The notes: generated by a model not told the origin, from the sequence alone. A stretch of DNA of 57,335 nt from an uncultured Chromatiaceae bacterium (GCA_945787615.1 CALZJI010000002.1:1-57335), one strand, 5' to 3'. Shown: positions 42,927 through 52,681, counted from the stretch's first letter. Made by a program: numbers and translations.

Positions 42927-43627
42927 AAACGCTCTCTCTTGTCTTAAATCTTAATTACGCCCTACTTCGTATTGGCTAAGTATCGCCCTCTAACCTTGCG
43001 CCGAGCCGTGAATTACCCGTAAATTATAACGGAATAGGGCATCCCGCTATGCTTTTCCGTCATCCTGTCTGTACTTCGTAGCGTATTTCGTTAATTGACG
43101 GCCGTGTCGTTACGCTCCCGTACAGCTGCGTGCGCCGTTGCCGCCTAATGCGCGGACATGGGTTCTTTTTGCGCGTACCTATCGCTGCTGATCGCCTTCA
43201 ACCGCATTTCTCGAACGATTTTGAGTTTTCCAAGCAATACGATGTAAGTGCTTTCCAGCTTACTCTAGGCGGCGCGCTGTATGGTAACAACAATAATGAA
43301 AATAATGTTTTGTTGTCTTTTTTGGCGCTTATTCCATTTTATTGGTAGATATTTATATTTAAAACGATTGCCATAAACCCATGTAGGTTTAGCGGGTTAA
43401 GTTCCTTCGTTTTGCCCCATCCCACGTCTCGTACCCACTGCCACCAGTACGCGTAAAAACGTATTTTTAAAATAGTTTAGGTTTGCAATAATCAACTGAA
43501 AGCGGAGGTTTCTTTACGTGCTATTCCCATAATTTCTATGATGGAATAGCCGGTGAGGTGGGAATAGAGTCTGCCGATTCATCGGTAATAAAGATAACGT
43601 AAGTTAAAGCGGAGTAGGGAGATTTTT

Positions 43628-45724
43628 ATGCGTGGTACTCGGAAAATCAATTCCTTTTTTGGGGTCGGTCTCGTAACCGCTACCGTGTCGTTTGCGATGG
43701 CCTCCTATTCTCCGTTTAGCAACGCTGCGGAGGTCGCTAGGGCGGTTTCTTCCACCGAAGCGCTGATTGCGGCGATCCGAGACGCCAACATCAACGTCAA
43801 TGACAACTACACGCTAACTATTCCGGCTGAAACCGTTATTAGCTTTAAGGAATCCGTCGATAAAACGCAAGGCGATAACGGCGCCCCCAGCATCGCAGGC
43901 TCGGTGACCATACGCGGCTCCGCCGGCTCCGTGATTGAGCGCGCCCCCGACGCCACGGACCGATTTCGTTTCTTTCACGTTGCCGAAAACGGCAGCTTGA
44001 CGCTCACCGGGGTGACCGTTCGGGGCGGAAACTTGGGCACGAAGGAGGAACGCGCCCTCAGCCAATACGACCGCTATACGGAATTCGTAAAAGACACCAC
44101 CGCGCAAGGCGGGGCCATTTTTAACGAAGGCGACGTATCGATTTCATCAAGCGTTTTTGAAGGCAATTCGGCGCAAGCTGGAGGCGCAATTTTCGTTACG
44201 GGAGACGATGCGGCTTTAACCGTGGATGACGTCTCATTCGTGAATAACCACGCGTGGGGGACCTATGGTCCGGCGGGCGCCATTCTCAACTTGCGAGGCA
44301 ACGTACGCATCGACAAGTCGACGTTTCGGGGCAACAGCACCCACATAGACATCAACGATCAACGCAACGAAAACGGCCTGTTGCCCTATGAGCCGCGAGG
44401 CGGCGACGGCGGCGCGATAAACAATATCGCCGGCGACATGTCCATCTCCAACAGCACCTTCACCGAAAATGAAGGATTGTGCGGCGGCGCGATAGAAAAC
44501 GCCGTGGGCCACATGACCGTCTACAACAGCACCTTCTACGACAACTACGGCGCATGGCACGCTGGAGCCATCGGCGCATACGCCGAAACTCCTCTTTCGG
44601 CGGAAGCTCGTACCAGAGAATGGGGCCATGGCATTGTTGAGATCGTTAACACGACGATCACCGGCAATCATGGCGGCATTGACGGCGGCGGCGGCATATT
44701 GGCCAACAAAGGTTCGGTGCTTCTAAGAAACTCAATCGTTGCGGGGAACACTGCGGGGCCGCAGCGCACGGTTGACACGACCGTCCCGCAAGATTGCGGC
44801 GGGTTTCCCCTTTATCATCGTTATCCGGTATTTATCGTCTCAGCAGGGAACAATATCATCGGTGATGTAGAAGGTTGTACGACGAATAAGAAGACGGGCG
44901 AGCCCATGCTCGTGGCGTTGAACGAAGCGGAAAACAGAGTAATTACCGGTTACGCAGGCATCGATCGAATCGTAGATTCCACAGCCAACGGCCTTGGCCA
45001 TGTTACGCTCACCTCCGACAGCCCCGCCATCGACCGAGGCGGCGACCTCGCCGTTCATAAAGAAGGGATAGGTTTAGTGGGCGGTATTGTTGACATTAAT
45101 ATTCCTAATGACGTCGATCAATTAGGCAACACCGCGCAAGGCGCCCGCGACATTGGCGCGGTTGAGTTCGATAAGCGAGCTACCGCTCCCACCGTTGCAC
45201 CCCCGGCCTTGCCTGACGGCGCGCAAATCGTGGAAATCTCGCTCTATGCGCCGCCGCCTTTCGCAGAGGACGACGAATTGGCTACGGATCAAGATAAGTC
45301 GGTGAATTTCTCTGCGGACGATCTATTAGCCAACGATCTGGACGCGGATGGAGATGAGGTTAGCATAGACTCCATTGACAGCCAGTCGTACAACGGCGGC
45401 GAGATCGTTAACAACCGAGATGGCACGTTCACGTTCACACCGTATCGGCTCGTTCCGGACGACGACCAGTTTACGTACACCATTACCGACGGCGTTAATG
45501 TATCCGAGCCGGCGGTCGTCAGCGTCGCGATAACGCCTGTTGCGCTTGATGTGGCCTCTCCTGTTGAATCGGTTGAAAGCGACGTTGTTGCAAGCAATTC
45601 CGCTGAAACTACCGCGGGGGACTCGTCCGGTAGCGGCGGTGGCGGCGGCGCCTTTGGTGTTTACGGCGCGTTGCTAATGGCGGCGTTCGCGGGGCTTTCG
45701 GGCTATCGTCGACGCAGTCGTTAA
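43628..45724 (+). CDS. Secreted parallel beta-helix (Pmp-like repeat) protein with a cadherin/VCBS-like domain and a GlyGly-CTERM-like tail
   Basis: A signal peptide is present. The repeats are of the type GGAIFNEGDVSISSSVFEGNSAQAGGAIFV and GGAINNIAGDMSISNSTFTEN. The adhesin-like module is FSADDLLANDLDADGDEVSIDSI...FTYTITDG. The C-terminus reads SGSGGGGGAFGVYGALLMAAFAGLSGYRRRSR. An SD (gggag) precedes the ATG. Confidence 0.85.
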   Translation: MRGTRKINSFFGVGLVTATVSFAMASYSPFSNAAEVARAVSSTEALIAAIRDANINVNDNYTLTIPAETVISFKESVDKTQGDNGAPSIAGSVTIRGSAGSVIERAPDATDRFRFFHVAENGSLTLTGVTVRGGNLGTKEERALSQYDRYTEFVKDTTAQGGAIFNEGDVSISSSVFEGNSAQAGGAIFVTGDDAALTVDDVSFVNNHAWGTYGPAGAILNLRGNVRIDKSTFRGNSTHIDINDQRNENGLLPYEPRGGDGGAINNIAGDMSISNSTFTENEGLCGGAIENAVGHMTVYNSTFYDNYGAWHAGAIGAYAETPLSAEARTREWGHGIVEIVNTTITGNHGGIDGGGGILANKGSVLLRNSIVAGNTAGPQRTVDTTVPQDCGGFPLYHRYPVFIVSAGNNIIGDVEGCTTNKKTGEPMLVALNEAENRVITGYAGIDRIVDSTANGLGHVTLTSDSPAIDRGGDLAVHKEGIGLVGGIVDINIPNDVDQLGNTAQGARDIGAVEFDKRATAPTVAPPALPDGAQIVEISLYAPPPFAEDDELATDQDKSVNFSADDLLANDLDADGDEVSIDSIDSQSYNGGEIVNNRDGTFTFTPYRLVPDDDQFTYTITDGVNVSEPAVVSVAITPVALDVASPVESVESDVVASNSAETTAGDSSGSGGGGGAFGVYGALLMAAFAGLSGYRRRSR

Positions 45725-45838
45725 GGTTTGGAAATGAAAGACAAGAAATTGACCGCCAGCTCCAATTTTCTCGCGCCACCGTGCAGCAAGTTTGTGGAGT
45801 TATACGGCGCTACGCTGAGGGTTTTCGCAGGGGGTAAC

Positions 45839-47773
45839 ATGAGAAAAAAACTACAACTGATCCTTGTTTCATCGGCGCCTCTGGCCGCCGTTACGGTCGT
45901 TGCCCAGCCCAATCTCGGCGATTGGCAGGCGAGCAGCGGCAACATCTCGGCAGGCTGCCCCGCAGGAGCCACTTGTGAAATCGTCGTCGAAGACGCGGGC
46001 TTTATACAGCAGCGGGTTCTCGATAGCGCCGGCGAGCTCGATAAAATTCAAACCATCGTGCTCGATGCCGATGCTTCGGGGAATTCAGGGACCTTACCGT
46101 TTTCCAATGAGATGTTTGTGGAACCTAGCGACCCCAACGCGCCCGTACAGTTTTCCGGCTTGCTAAATCTGCAAATTATTAAAGAAGAAACAATCGATCA
46201 GTGGAAGGGGTCGGTCATAAACTTCGAATCGGAAGCGTTGGTGCGTACAGGCTGGGCCGAAGTGAGCGGGCTACCCAATTTGTCTTTTGACCAATTGATT
46301 ACTGAGTCGGGTGGTAGCCGCAACGATAGCTTTATGAACGATTTCGATTTTGAAGGTAACGTAAACAATGCCACAGGCGCTCAAACCGGGACGCAAATCG
46401 TGCTCAACAGCGAGTTTATACAACCAGTGGGCGCCGACTCCAACGCAGACGAAGACGGCGACATCCGAACGGCTCGCGTTAGCGGGAGTTTAGAAGACAC
46501 CTCCGATTTTCGATGGGCTTCCGTTTCCGGAGATATGCTCAGCAGTTCGGGTTCCAACAGTCTACCCAACGGCTCATCTATCAGTTGGAATGCTGGGGAC
46601 AAGGTTGTTGGCTACTGGCAGGGCCAGAAGATGACCCATCAATTGGGCGATCGTAAGGACTTTGAAAGTGAATTCGACGCGGCCTTCTTGCAGCTATCGC
46701 AGGGTTTTAACACGGTCGAAAATCGTACCACCAATGACAGCTCGCGCTACTTCACCTTCGGTCCGGTGGGGCCGTTCAACTGGCCCAGCATTCTTGGCCC
46801 GGCGCCAGCCATCGCCGATGTACGAACCGGCCCCACAGGACCGGAAGATGGGCCCGGGCCAATTCGACGGGAAAGGTCCACTACGCCCACGGAGCCGTTC
46901 CAGGCTGCGTCAACCACCCAGCCGAGCCCAAGTTCGCCCTCAGGTTCCCCCGTTCCGTTTAACACCTGGACGGTGGCCTCCGGTGAGATCACGGCGACAT
47001 GTCCTTCGGGGAGCAGTTGCGGCCAGGCAATCAGCATGGATGGATTCATGCAACGTATCGTAAGAGACAATGCAACCAGCCGAGAATATTTTCAAACCGT
47101 CGTGACCGATCTAGACGCGTCAGGTTCGCCGGGTAGCGTACCGTTCTCCAGTGAGTCGTTAGTGAGTCAGCAAAGCTCCTCCGGACAAGCGATTAACGGC
47201 GTATTGACACAGCAACTGATCAACGACGGTATGGGCATGACCGACCGAACAGTGGTGCGTACCGGCTGGGCTGAAAGCAGCGAGCCCAACATCACGGTTG
47301 ACAACCGTATCAGCCAAACGTTGGCCAATCGTAACGTCTCGGCAGAAACTAAGTTTATCTACGCGGCTAATATTGATCCCGATGGCAACCGAACCGGTTT
47401 CACTATCGACAGCGAACAAGTTTTGGATAACGCGACGCAAATCGATCCCAATGCCCGCACGTTTTCACGAGACGATTATATTTTTGTTAGTCGTGAAGTC
47501 GCCGGCGATTTTCTCACTTCTAGCGGCTCCATGGGTGGCATGGGTTGGGCCGCGGGCGACGACATCAAAACCGTGTGGGCTGGCTATGTATTCGACTACG
47601 GCGAAGAAAGCGCTGTCGTGAGTTTCCAAAACTGGGATAACAGAGCCGACAGCGCGGCTCCCAGAGCGATAAGCAAGAAAGATGAGGGGGGGACCCCAAG
47701 GGTATGGGTCTGGAACTCAGCCTTTGGGCCGCAGCCCACATTCCCGTTCCCGGGGGGATCAGGAGGCGATTAA
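45839..47773 (+). CDS. Secreted hypothetical protein built from two homologous halves
   Basis: The ATG at 45839 follows aggggg and gives the signal peptide MRKKLQLILVSSAPLAAVTVVAQP. The internal duplication matches GDWQASSGNISAGCPAGATCEIVVEDAGFIQQRVLD...QTIVLDADASGNSGTLPFSNE to NTWTVASGEITATCPSGSSCGQAISMDGFMQRIVRD...QTVVTDLDASGSPGSVPFSSE. A Pro-rich linker separates the halves. Confidence 0.75.
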   Translation: MRKKLQLILVSSAPLAAVTVVAQPNLGDWQASSGNISAGCPAGATCEIVVEDAGFIQQRVLDSAGELDKIQTIVLDADASGNSGTLPFSNEMFVEPSDPNAPVQFSGLLNLQIIKEETIDQWKGSVINFESEALVRTGWAEVSGLPNLSFDQLITESGGSRNDSFMNDFDFEGNVNNATGAQTGTQIVLNSEFIQPVGADSNADEDGDIRTARVSGSLEDTSDFRWASVSGDMLSSSGSNSLPNGSSISWNAGDKVVGYWQGQKMTHQLGDRKDFESEFDAAFLQLSQGFNTVENRTTNDSSRYFTFGPVGPFNWPSILGPAPAIADVRTGPTGPEDGPGPIRRERSTTPTEPFQAASTTQPSPSSPSGSPVPFNTWTVASGEITATCPSGSSCGQAISMDGFMQRIVRDNATSREYFQTVVTDLDASGSPGSVPFSSESLVSQQSSSGQAINGVLTQQLINDGMGMTDRTVVRTGWAESSEPNITVDNRISQTLANRNVSAETKFIYAANIDPDGNRTGFTIDSEQVLDNATQIDPNARTFSRDDYIFVSREVAGDFLTSSGSMGGMGWAAGDDIKTVWAGYVFDYGEESAVVSFQNWDNRADSAAPRAISKKDEGGTPRVWVWNSAFGPQPTFPFPGGSGGD

Positions 47774-47834
47774 TAAAACTCTGTTAATAGAGGTAGAGCT
47801 GATCTGGCTAACGAATACCTCTGGAAATGTGCAG

Positions 47835-47861
47835 CCGCCCCTTATTCGGGGCGGTTTTTTT
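47835..47861 (+). terminator. Rho-independent terminator
   Basis: ccgcccc (47835-47841) pairs with ggggcgg (47848-47854), followed by ttttttt (47855-47861). It lies 60 nt after the stop at 47773. Confidence 0.8.
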
Positions 47862-48082
47862 CGCAAAGCGTCTTTGTTTAGGTCGCGCTTAATTTGCATC
47901 AGTTTGTAGCACGGGTGAAGCTCGTGCAACCCGGGAGAGTTTCCAGCGCCGTCCTCCGGTTCCGCACGCCTCACGCGGATTACAAATTAATGCGTCATTA
48001 CTCGTCACGGACGGCGAAAGATCTATCATCTCGCGGCCCGAACAATGCGCTTCGAACAAGCGCATAATCCTCGGTAAGTACA

Positions 48083-48898
48083 CGTAGCCCGGGTGGAGTG
48101 TAACGAAACCCGGGACGCGATGGCTTTAGAGCCACGGTGAGGCCATTGCCATCAGCGTATGAGGGTGGCCGCGTGGCTTTAGAGCCGCGGTGAGACCATC
48201 GCTAACAGGAAATAAGAGCGATCCGCGTTGTCTTCTCAACAGGGTGTCCCTGGGTTCCGTTACACTTCACCCCGGCTACGGCAAACGGTCGCGGCAACCA
48301 AACATTTGTAGCGTGGATCAAGCGTAGCGGATCCACGAGGCCGCTTCGCGGATGCCGCCTACGCCCCTGCGTAGAAAACACTGCCGCTTTTCGTTGACGT
48401 CGATACTAGCGAACCGCACCTATTGGATTACCTCAATAGAGGACTCCTGTCTATGTATAATCCCCGATACTGTAATGTTGTTACGCGCTCTGCCGCTAAG
48501 ATATACTTAACGAGCAGTACCCGTAGCCCGGGTGGAGTGTAACGAAACCCGGGAGGCGATGGCTTTGGCACCACGGTGAGCTCATTGCCAACAGGGCATG
48601 AGGGTGGGGCGCATTGTTCTCTCACCATGGCGTTCCGGGGTTCCGTTACACTCTACCCCGGCTACGGCACCCGGTCGCGGCAATCAAAAGTTTGTAGGGT
48701 GGGTCAAACGCAGCGGATCCACCAGACTGCGTCGCGGGTGCCGCCCACTCGGCTGCGGAGAGTACACCGCTTCAACCCGATGATGTCGTCACAAGCTAAC
48801 CGCACTGTTCGGATGTGCATGAGAGACGGCTACCGTCTATGTATAATACCCGATACCGTAATGTTGTTGCGCGCTCTGCCGCTACGATATACTTAACG
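48083..48898. repeat. Tandem duplication (copy 1: 48083-48522; copy 2: 48523-48898) of a composite non-coding unit made of two REP-like palindromes and an AT-rich tail
   Basis: Both copies start gtagcccgggtggagtgtaacgaaacccggg and close with ...gggttccgttacac(t)tc(t)accccggctac; this ~32-nt inverted repeat pairs at about 28/32 positions. A second module follows: tgtag(c/g)gtgg(a/g)tcaa(g/a)cg(t/c)agcggatccac. The copies end with gtctatgtataat(c/a)cccgatac(t/c)gtaatgttgtt(a/g)cgcgctctgccgcta(a/c)gatatacttaacga. Copy 1 carries an extra internal ~55-60-nt duplication (ggctttagagcc(a/g)cggtgag twice). Confidence 0.8.
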
Positions 48899-49048
48899 AT
48901 AAGGTTTCTATAGGTGCTTTTTACAATCCCTCTAAGGCCAAAATTGCAGTTATATCTAGCAATTTAGCGCTTAACGAAGTTTCTCGTCGGCGCGCCTAAT
49001 GCTTTGGGAGAACGACGAAGAAGCGACGGCAAAGACCCGAGTCCTACA

Positions 49049-50575
49049 ATGATGAAACACCCAAAACCCAAGCACCGATTTCGCGACACGCTAACTCTAC
49101 TTATTACTATAGCGCTAGGCACGGGATTGAGTGCGTGTACTGATCCGCCCCCTAACAAAACGTTACTGAAACTCGACACGGAGTTACGTGCAGTCATCGA
49201 AAGCGCGGGGCTCGCCGGTGATCCAACCCTAGGTCGCACGCTTCCTTCCATCAATGATCCTCTTCCTCAATTGGGAAAAAAGCTTTTCTTCAGCAAGGCG
49301 CTCAGCGGCGATAAGGACGTAGCCTGCGCCTCTTGCCACCATCCTTTCCTCGGCGGCGGTGACGCCATGGCGCTTCCCGTGGGCGTAGATGCAGAAAACC
49401 CAAACGTGCTTGGACCCGACAGGGTTCATTCGAGGAGAGGAGAAGATCACGACGGTGGTCCCACCGTGCCGCGCAATTCGCCCACCACGTTTAACGTTGG
49501 CATGTGGGATAAATACCTTTTCTTCGATGGTCGCGTCGAGAGTTTAGGAAAAACCCCTGGCGTCAACGGCGCTGACGGCAAGGGCATACGCACCCCCGAT
49601 ATGTACCGGCGCACGGCCGACCCTAACGCGGGACCGAATCTCGTCGTGGCTCAAGCGCGTTTCCCAGTGACCTCTGAAGAAGAAATGCGCGGTTTTTCCA
49701 CCTTTGATACGGACGCCTATAACGATGACGTACGAAGACGCCTCGCGCAACGGTTGGGCGACTACGGGGAAGGGAAGGGCGAGTTGGGGCGCACGACGTG
49801 GTTGCAGGAATTTCAGCAAGCTTTTAACAGCCAAGCGGAGGCGCGCCGACTCGTAACGTTTGACAATATCGTGTTGGCCATCGGGGAGTACGAACGTTCC
49901 CAAGTATTCGTTGATACGCCGTGGAAAGCCTATGTTAAGGGCGACCCATCAGCGCTTACGGTCGAGGCGAAACGTGGCGCCTTATTGTTTTTTCGCGACG
50001 CTTCGTCGGGCGGCGCTGGTTGCGTGATGTGTCACAAAGGCGATTTTTTTACCGACGAAGAATTTCATGTATTGGCGGTGCCTCAATTTGGCCGAGGGAC
50101 CGAAGCGGGCTTCGGCGACGAGGATCTGGGGCGCTACCACGGGTCGCTGGAGGATGAAGACATGTACGCCTTCAGAACGCCAACGCTGCTAAACGTTGGA
50201 GTCACATGGCCGTACGGCCATACGGGCGCCTACCAAACGCTGCAAGGCATGATACGGCATCATCTCAATGTCGAGAAAGCCGTGGCTGAATTCGACTACG
50301 CAAAACTGGATCCCATTATCCAAAAGCGACATGCGCGCGCCTATACCCAACGAGCCTTAGACATGTTGAAGAAGCAGCGGGCGGAGGGGAAAACGACCAT
50401 CAAAGACGTTGAGTTGAACGACCAGCAGGTGGCGGATCTTGTTAGCTTCGTGCACGCGCTAACGGATCCTTGCGTTAAAAGCCGCAAATGTTTAGCGCCG
50501 TGGACGCCAGACGAGAAAGAGAGAGACCCCGATGGCCACAGGCTGGTCGCGATAGTTGAAACAAAACGGAATTAG
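49049..50575 (+). CDS. Di-haem cytochrome c peroxidase / MauG-family lipoprotein
   Basis: From the ATG at 49049 the lipoprotein signal reads LLITIALGTGLSACTD. Two CxxCH haem sites sit in the family context: DVACASCHHPFLGGGD and GCVMCHKGDFFTDEEFH. The distal segment is TPTLLNV...YGHTGAY. Confidence 0.85.
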   Translation: MMKHPKPKHRFRDTLTLLITIALGTGLSACTDPPPNKTLLKLDTELRAVIESAGLAGDPTLGRTLPSINDPLPQLGKKLFFSKALSGDKDVACASCHHPFLGGGDAMALPVGVDAENPNVLGPDRVHSRRGEDHDGGPTVPRNSPTTFNVGMWDKYLFFDGRVESLGKTPGVNGADGKGIRTPDMYRRTADPNAGPNLVVAQARFPVTSEEEMRGFSTFDTDAYNDDVRRRLAQRLGDYGEGKGELGRTTWLQEFQQAFNSQAEARRLVTFDNIVLAIGEYERSQVFVDTPWKAYVKGDPSALTVEAKRGALLFFRDASSGGAGCVMCHKGDFFTDEEFHVLAVPQFGRGTEAGFGDEDLGRYHGSLEDEDMYAFRTPTLLNVGVTWPYGHTGAYQTLQGMIRHHLNVEKAVAEFDYAKLDPIIQKRHARAYTQRALDMLKKQRAEGKTTIKDVELNDQQVADLVSFVHALTDPCVKSRKCLAPWTPDEKERDPDGHRLVAIVETKRN

Positions 50576-50697
50576 CTAAACCGCGCAATCGCCCGCGGCT
50601 CGCCGGCCGGATTATAAATCGGAGTTACTATACGTTGTCTCGGGGCGCCGGCCGGCGTAGTCGGTCCTATTCTAACCGCCTCGGAACTACCGATTAA

Positions 50698-50905
50698 CCC
50701 GCATATCTTACAGGGACACGCGAAGATCGCGCAGGAGATTACAAACTACATCCCTGTAGTTTCCCCTTGCGGGCCGCTTCGCGTTCAAAATCGCTCCCGG
50801 CGATTTTGTGGTTTCACAATGGATCTCACCCCTCAAGGGGGTGCCGAGGTCTGAGCGAGAGGAATACACGGGGTCTTTCCGAGTGACGACTGCATGGACG
50901 ACGCG
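50698..50905. repeat. Second copy of the dispersed intergenic repeat family seen at 29709-29892, with extra inserted REP-like sequence
   Basis: The shared core lies at 50851-50886 (34/36 identical to 29783-29818), along with gatcgcgcagga at 50725-50736 and a similar cccgcat(a)t left end. An additional tccctgtag...cttgcgggccgcttcgcg module sits in between. Confidence 0.65.
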
Positions 50906-50971
50906 CCGCATATTTAAGCCACGTTACGGTAAGATAACCTGATGATTGGTTCGTAGATGGCTCGCTAAGCA

Positions 50972-52147
50972 ATGATATTAAGGTCGACTAAAATTTTCAT
51001 TGGGCTCTGGATAAGCGTTGTGGGCGTTACTCTGTGCGTCGGCGCGGCCCAAGCGCTTACACTGCAACCTATCGTAGAAGGCCTTGGTGCACCGGTGGCG
51101 ATTAGCCATGTGGGCGACGGTCGCATGTTAGTGGTTGAGCAACAAGGCCGCATTCGCTTCGTTAAAGAAGGAAGGCTCCTCCCCAGGGCGTTTCTCGATA
51201 TTACCGATAAAGTGATCGCTGGCGATGAGCTTGGTTTGTTGGGCCTCGCGTTACACCCGCAGTTTTTACAGAATGATAAACCAGGCGTCGGTTTATTTTG
51301 GGTGAACTATACGAGCAAGCAAGGGAGAACGGTCATCGCGCGCTATCGGGTCAATTCGAAGGATAGTGACGTCGCCGACCCTCACAGCGCCTTGACGCTT
51401 TTGCAAATTCCACAGCCCTACCCAAACCACAATGGGGGGCAACTCCAGTTTGGTCCGCCGGAGGGGCCGGCAGGCAAACGGTTCCTCTACATCGGCATGG
51501 GCGACGGGGGACATGGCGGTGATCCCCATGATTTCGCTCAAAACGACGCCAGCCTTCTAGGTAAATTACTGCGCATCGACCCAAGTTTAGCTTCGCTGCT
51601 AAACCCTCCGTTTTTCTCGTTGCCACAGGACAATCCCAATGCGACGTCTGGCATGCCTGGCGGCGCTATTTGGGCGAAGGGTTTGCGCAATCCGTGGCGC
51701 TTTTCGTTTGATGCGACCACCGGCGAATTATTTATTGCCGACGTGGGACAGGACCAATGGGAAGAGATCAATCGAACGCCGGCGGGACGCGCCGCATTGA
51801 ACTATGGCTGGCGTATAATGGAAGGCGCTCATTGTTTCCGCCCGAAAAATAACTGTGAGCGGCGCGGTTTGGTCGTTCCGATACACGAATATCGTAACGG
51901 CGGCGCTCGCTGCGCCGTGGTGGGCGGTTATGTGTATCGCGGACGGCGGCTGCCTCAACTTGCCGGTTTCTATTTTTACGCCGACTATTGTAGTGGCGAG
52001 ATTTTTAGTCTTGGGCGCCAAGGCGGCGTATGGAAAAGTGAAATATTACTAAGGGCGCCGTTTAATCCGCTGACGTTTGGGCAGGATTACGACGGCGAAC
52101 TATACGTCGCTGGGAGCAACGGAGTAGTGTATAAAATCGTACCGTGA
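50972..52147 (+). CDS. PQQ-dependent soluble sugar (glucose/sorbosone) dehydrogenase-family beta-propeller
   Basis: A signal peptide is present. Family motifs are GLLGLALHP, PNHNGGQLQFGP, LYIGMGDGGHGGDP, LLGKLLRIDP, GLRNPWRFSFD, LFIADVGQDQWEEIN and NYGWRIMEG. Confidence 0.85.
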   Translation: MILRSTKIFIGLWISVVGVTLCVGAAQALTLQPIVEGLGAPVAISHVGDGRMLVVEQQGRIRFVKEGRLLPRAFLDITDKVIAGDELGLLGLALHPQFLQNDKPGVGLFWVNYTSKQGRTVIARYRVNSKDSDVADPHSALTLLQIPQPYPNHNGGQLQFGPPEGPAGKRFLYIGMGDGGHGGDPHDFAQNDASLLGKLLRIDPSLASLLNPPFFSLPQDNPNATSGMPGGAIWAKGLRNPWRFSFDATTGELFIADVGQDQWEEINRTPAGRAALNYGWRIMEGAHCFRPKNNCERRGLVVPIHEYRNGGARCAVVGGYVYRGRRLPQLAGFYFYADYCSGEIFSLGRQGGVWKSEILLRAPFNPLTFGQDYDGELYVAGSNGVVYKIVP

Positions 52148-52168
52148 GCGTGGAAGACGAGCGGGCCG

Positions 52169-52681
52169 TCAAATAGTCTCGTCGCCTTCTCGTATCAATT
52201 CACTAAGCGTTCGATCCCAATACGCTTGACTCATCAAACGCTGAACGACGATTCTTAGCTTTCCTTGGCGATCGATTATGATGTTTGTTGGAAACGTCGC
52301 AACGTTGTAGACCTCCAGCACTTCGTCGTCCGCCATTAGAACGGGAAACTTGACGCCCAATGAGCGGGCGAATCGGCGTACCGTTTGCCGGGGGCCCGAC
52401 GCGTAGGCGAGTCCTAAAACTACGACGTCTTGCGACGCATAGCGTTGGTGCGCTTTTTGAAAGTATTGCAGGTCAAGTTTGCATGAACCGCACCATATGG
52501 CCCAGAAATGCAGTACGACGATCTTCCCCTGAAAGTCGGAAAGGTTTATCTTGTCGCCGTAGATATCCGTTAAGCGAAACTCCGGCGCTTCGTGTTGCTG
52601 CTCTTCTTTGGCCAGCGCCGTCGCGTGGACGATCCACAGCGCGACGAGTACGCCCAGCGTTACGAAGCGTTTTGCGTTCAT
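52169..52681 (-). CDS. TlpA/ResA-like periplasmic thiol:disulfide oxidoreductase (thioredoxin fold)
   Basis: A signal peptide is present. The CxxC active site sits in a redoxin context (KIVVLHFWAIWCGSCKLDL), with VVVLGL and FPTNIIIDRQGKL. The start overlaps the upstream stop as ATGA. Confidence 0.85.
   Translation of the reverse strand: MNAKRFVTLGVLVALWIVHATALAKEEQQHEAPEFRLTDIYGDKINLSDFQGKIVVLHFWAIWCGSCKLDLQYFQKAHQRYASQDVVVLGLAYASGPRQTVRRFARSLGVKFPVLMADDEVLEVYNVATFPTNIIIDRQGKLRIVVQRLMSQAYWDRTLSELIREGDETI

Noticed and set aside
43521-43568. 9-bp inverted repeat ctattccca / tgggaatag, with a third ggaatag, upstream of the beta-helix adhesin gene, as a possible operator
   Set aside because: It is plausible but short, and a 9-mer pair in a 700-bp AT-rich gap could arise by chance. 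It is recorded only as a note.
37632-47621. Nested ORFs (mostly antisense, some same-strand out of frame) inside the secreted-protein genes (37632..38144, 38675..39016, 44234..44671, 46662..47063, 47298..47621 and others)
   Set aside because: The reason is the same: they lie within long ORFs that have clear repeat and domain structure.
48428-48896. ORFs 48428..48628 (-), 48576..48896 (+) and 48598..48783 (+)
   Set aside because: They lie entirely in the tandem REP-like repeats. Their peptides (for example PPGFRYTPPGLRVL and VGWVKRSGSTR) are the typical spurious translations of palindromic repeats.
48083-48898. Possible CRISPR array or integron attC cassette array
   Set aside because: There are only two repeat units with a ~400-440-bp period, and the sequence between the conserved ends is itself homologous. 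No cas or integrase gene is in the window. No short regular repeat-spacer periodicity is present.
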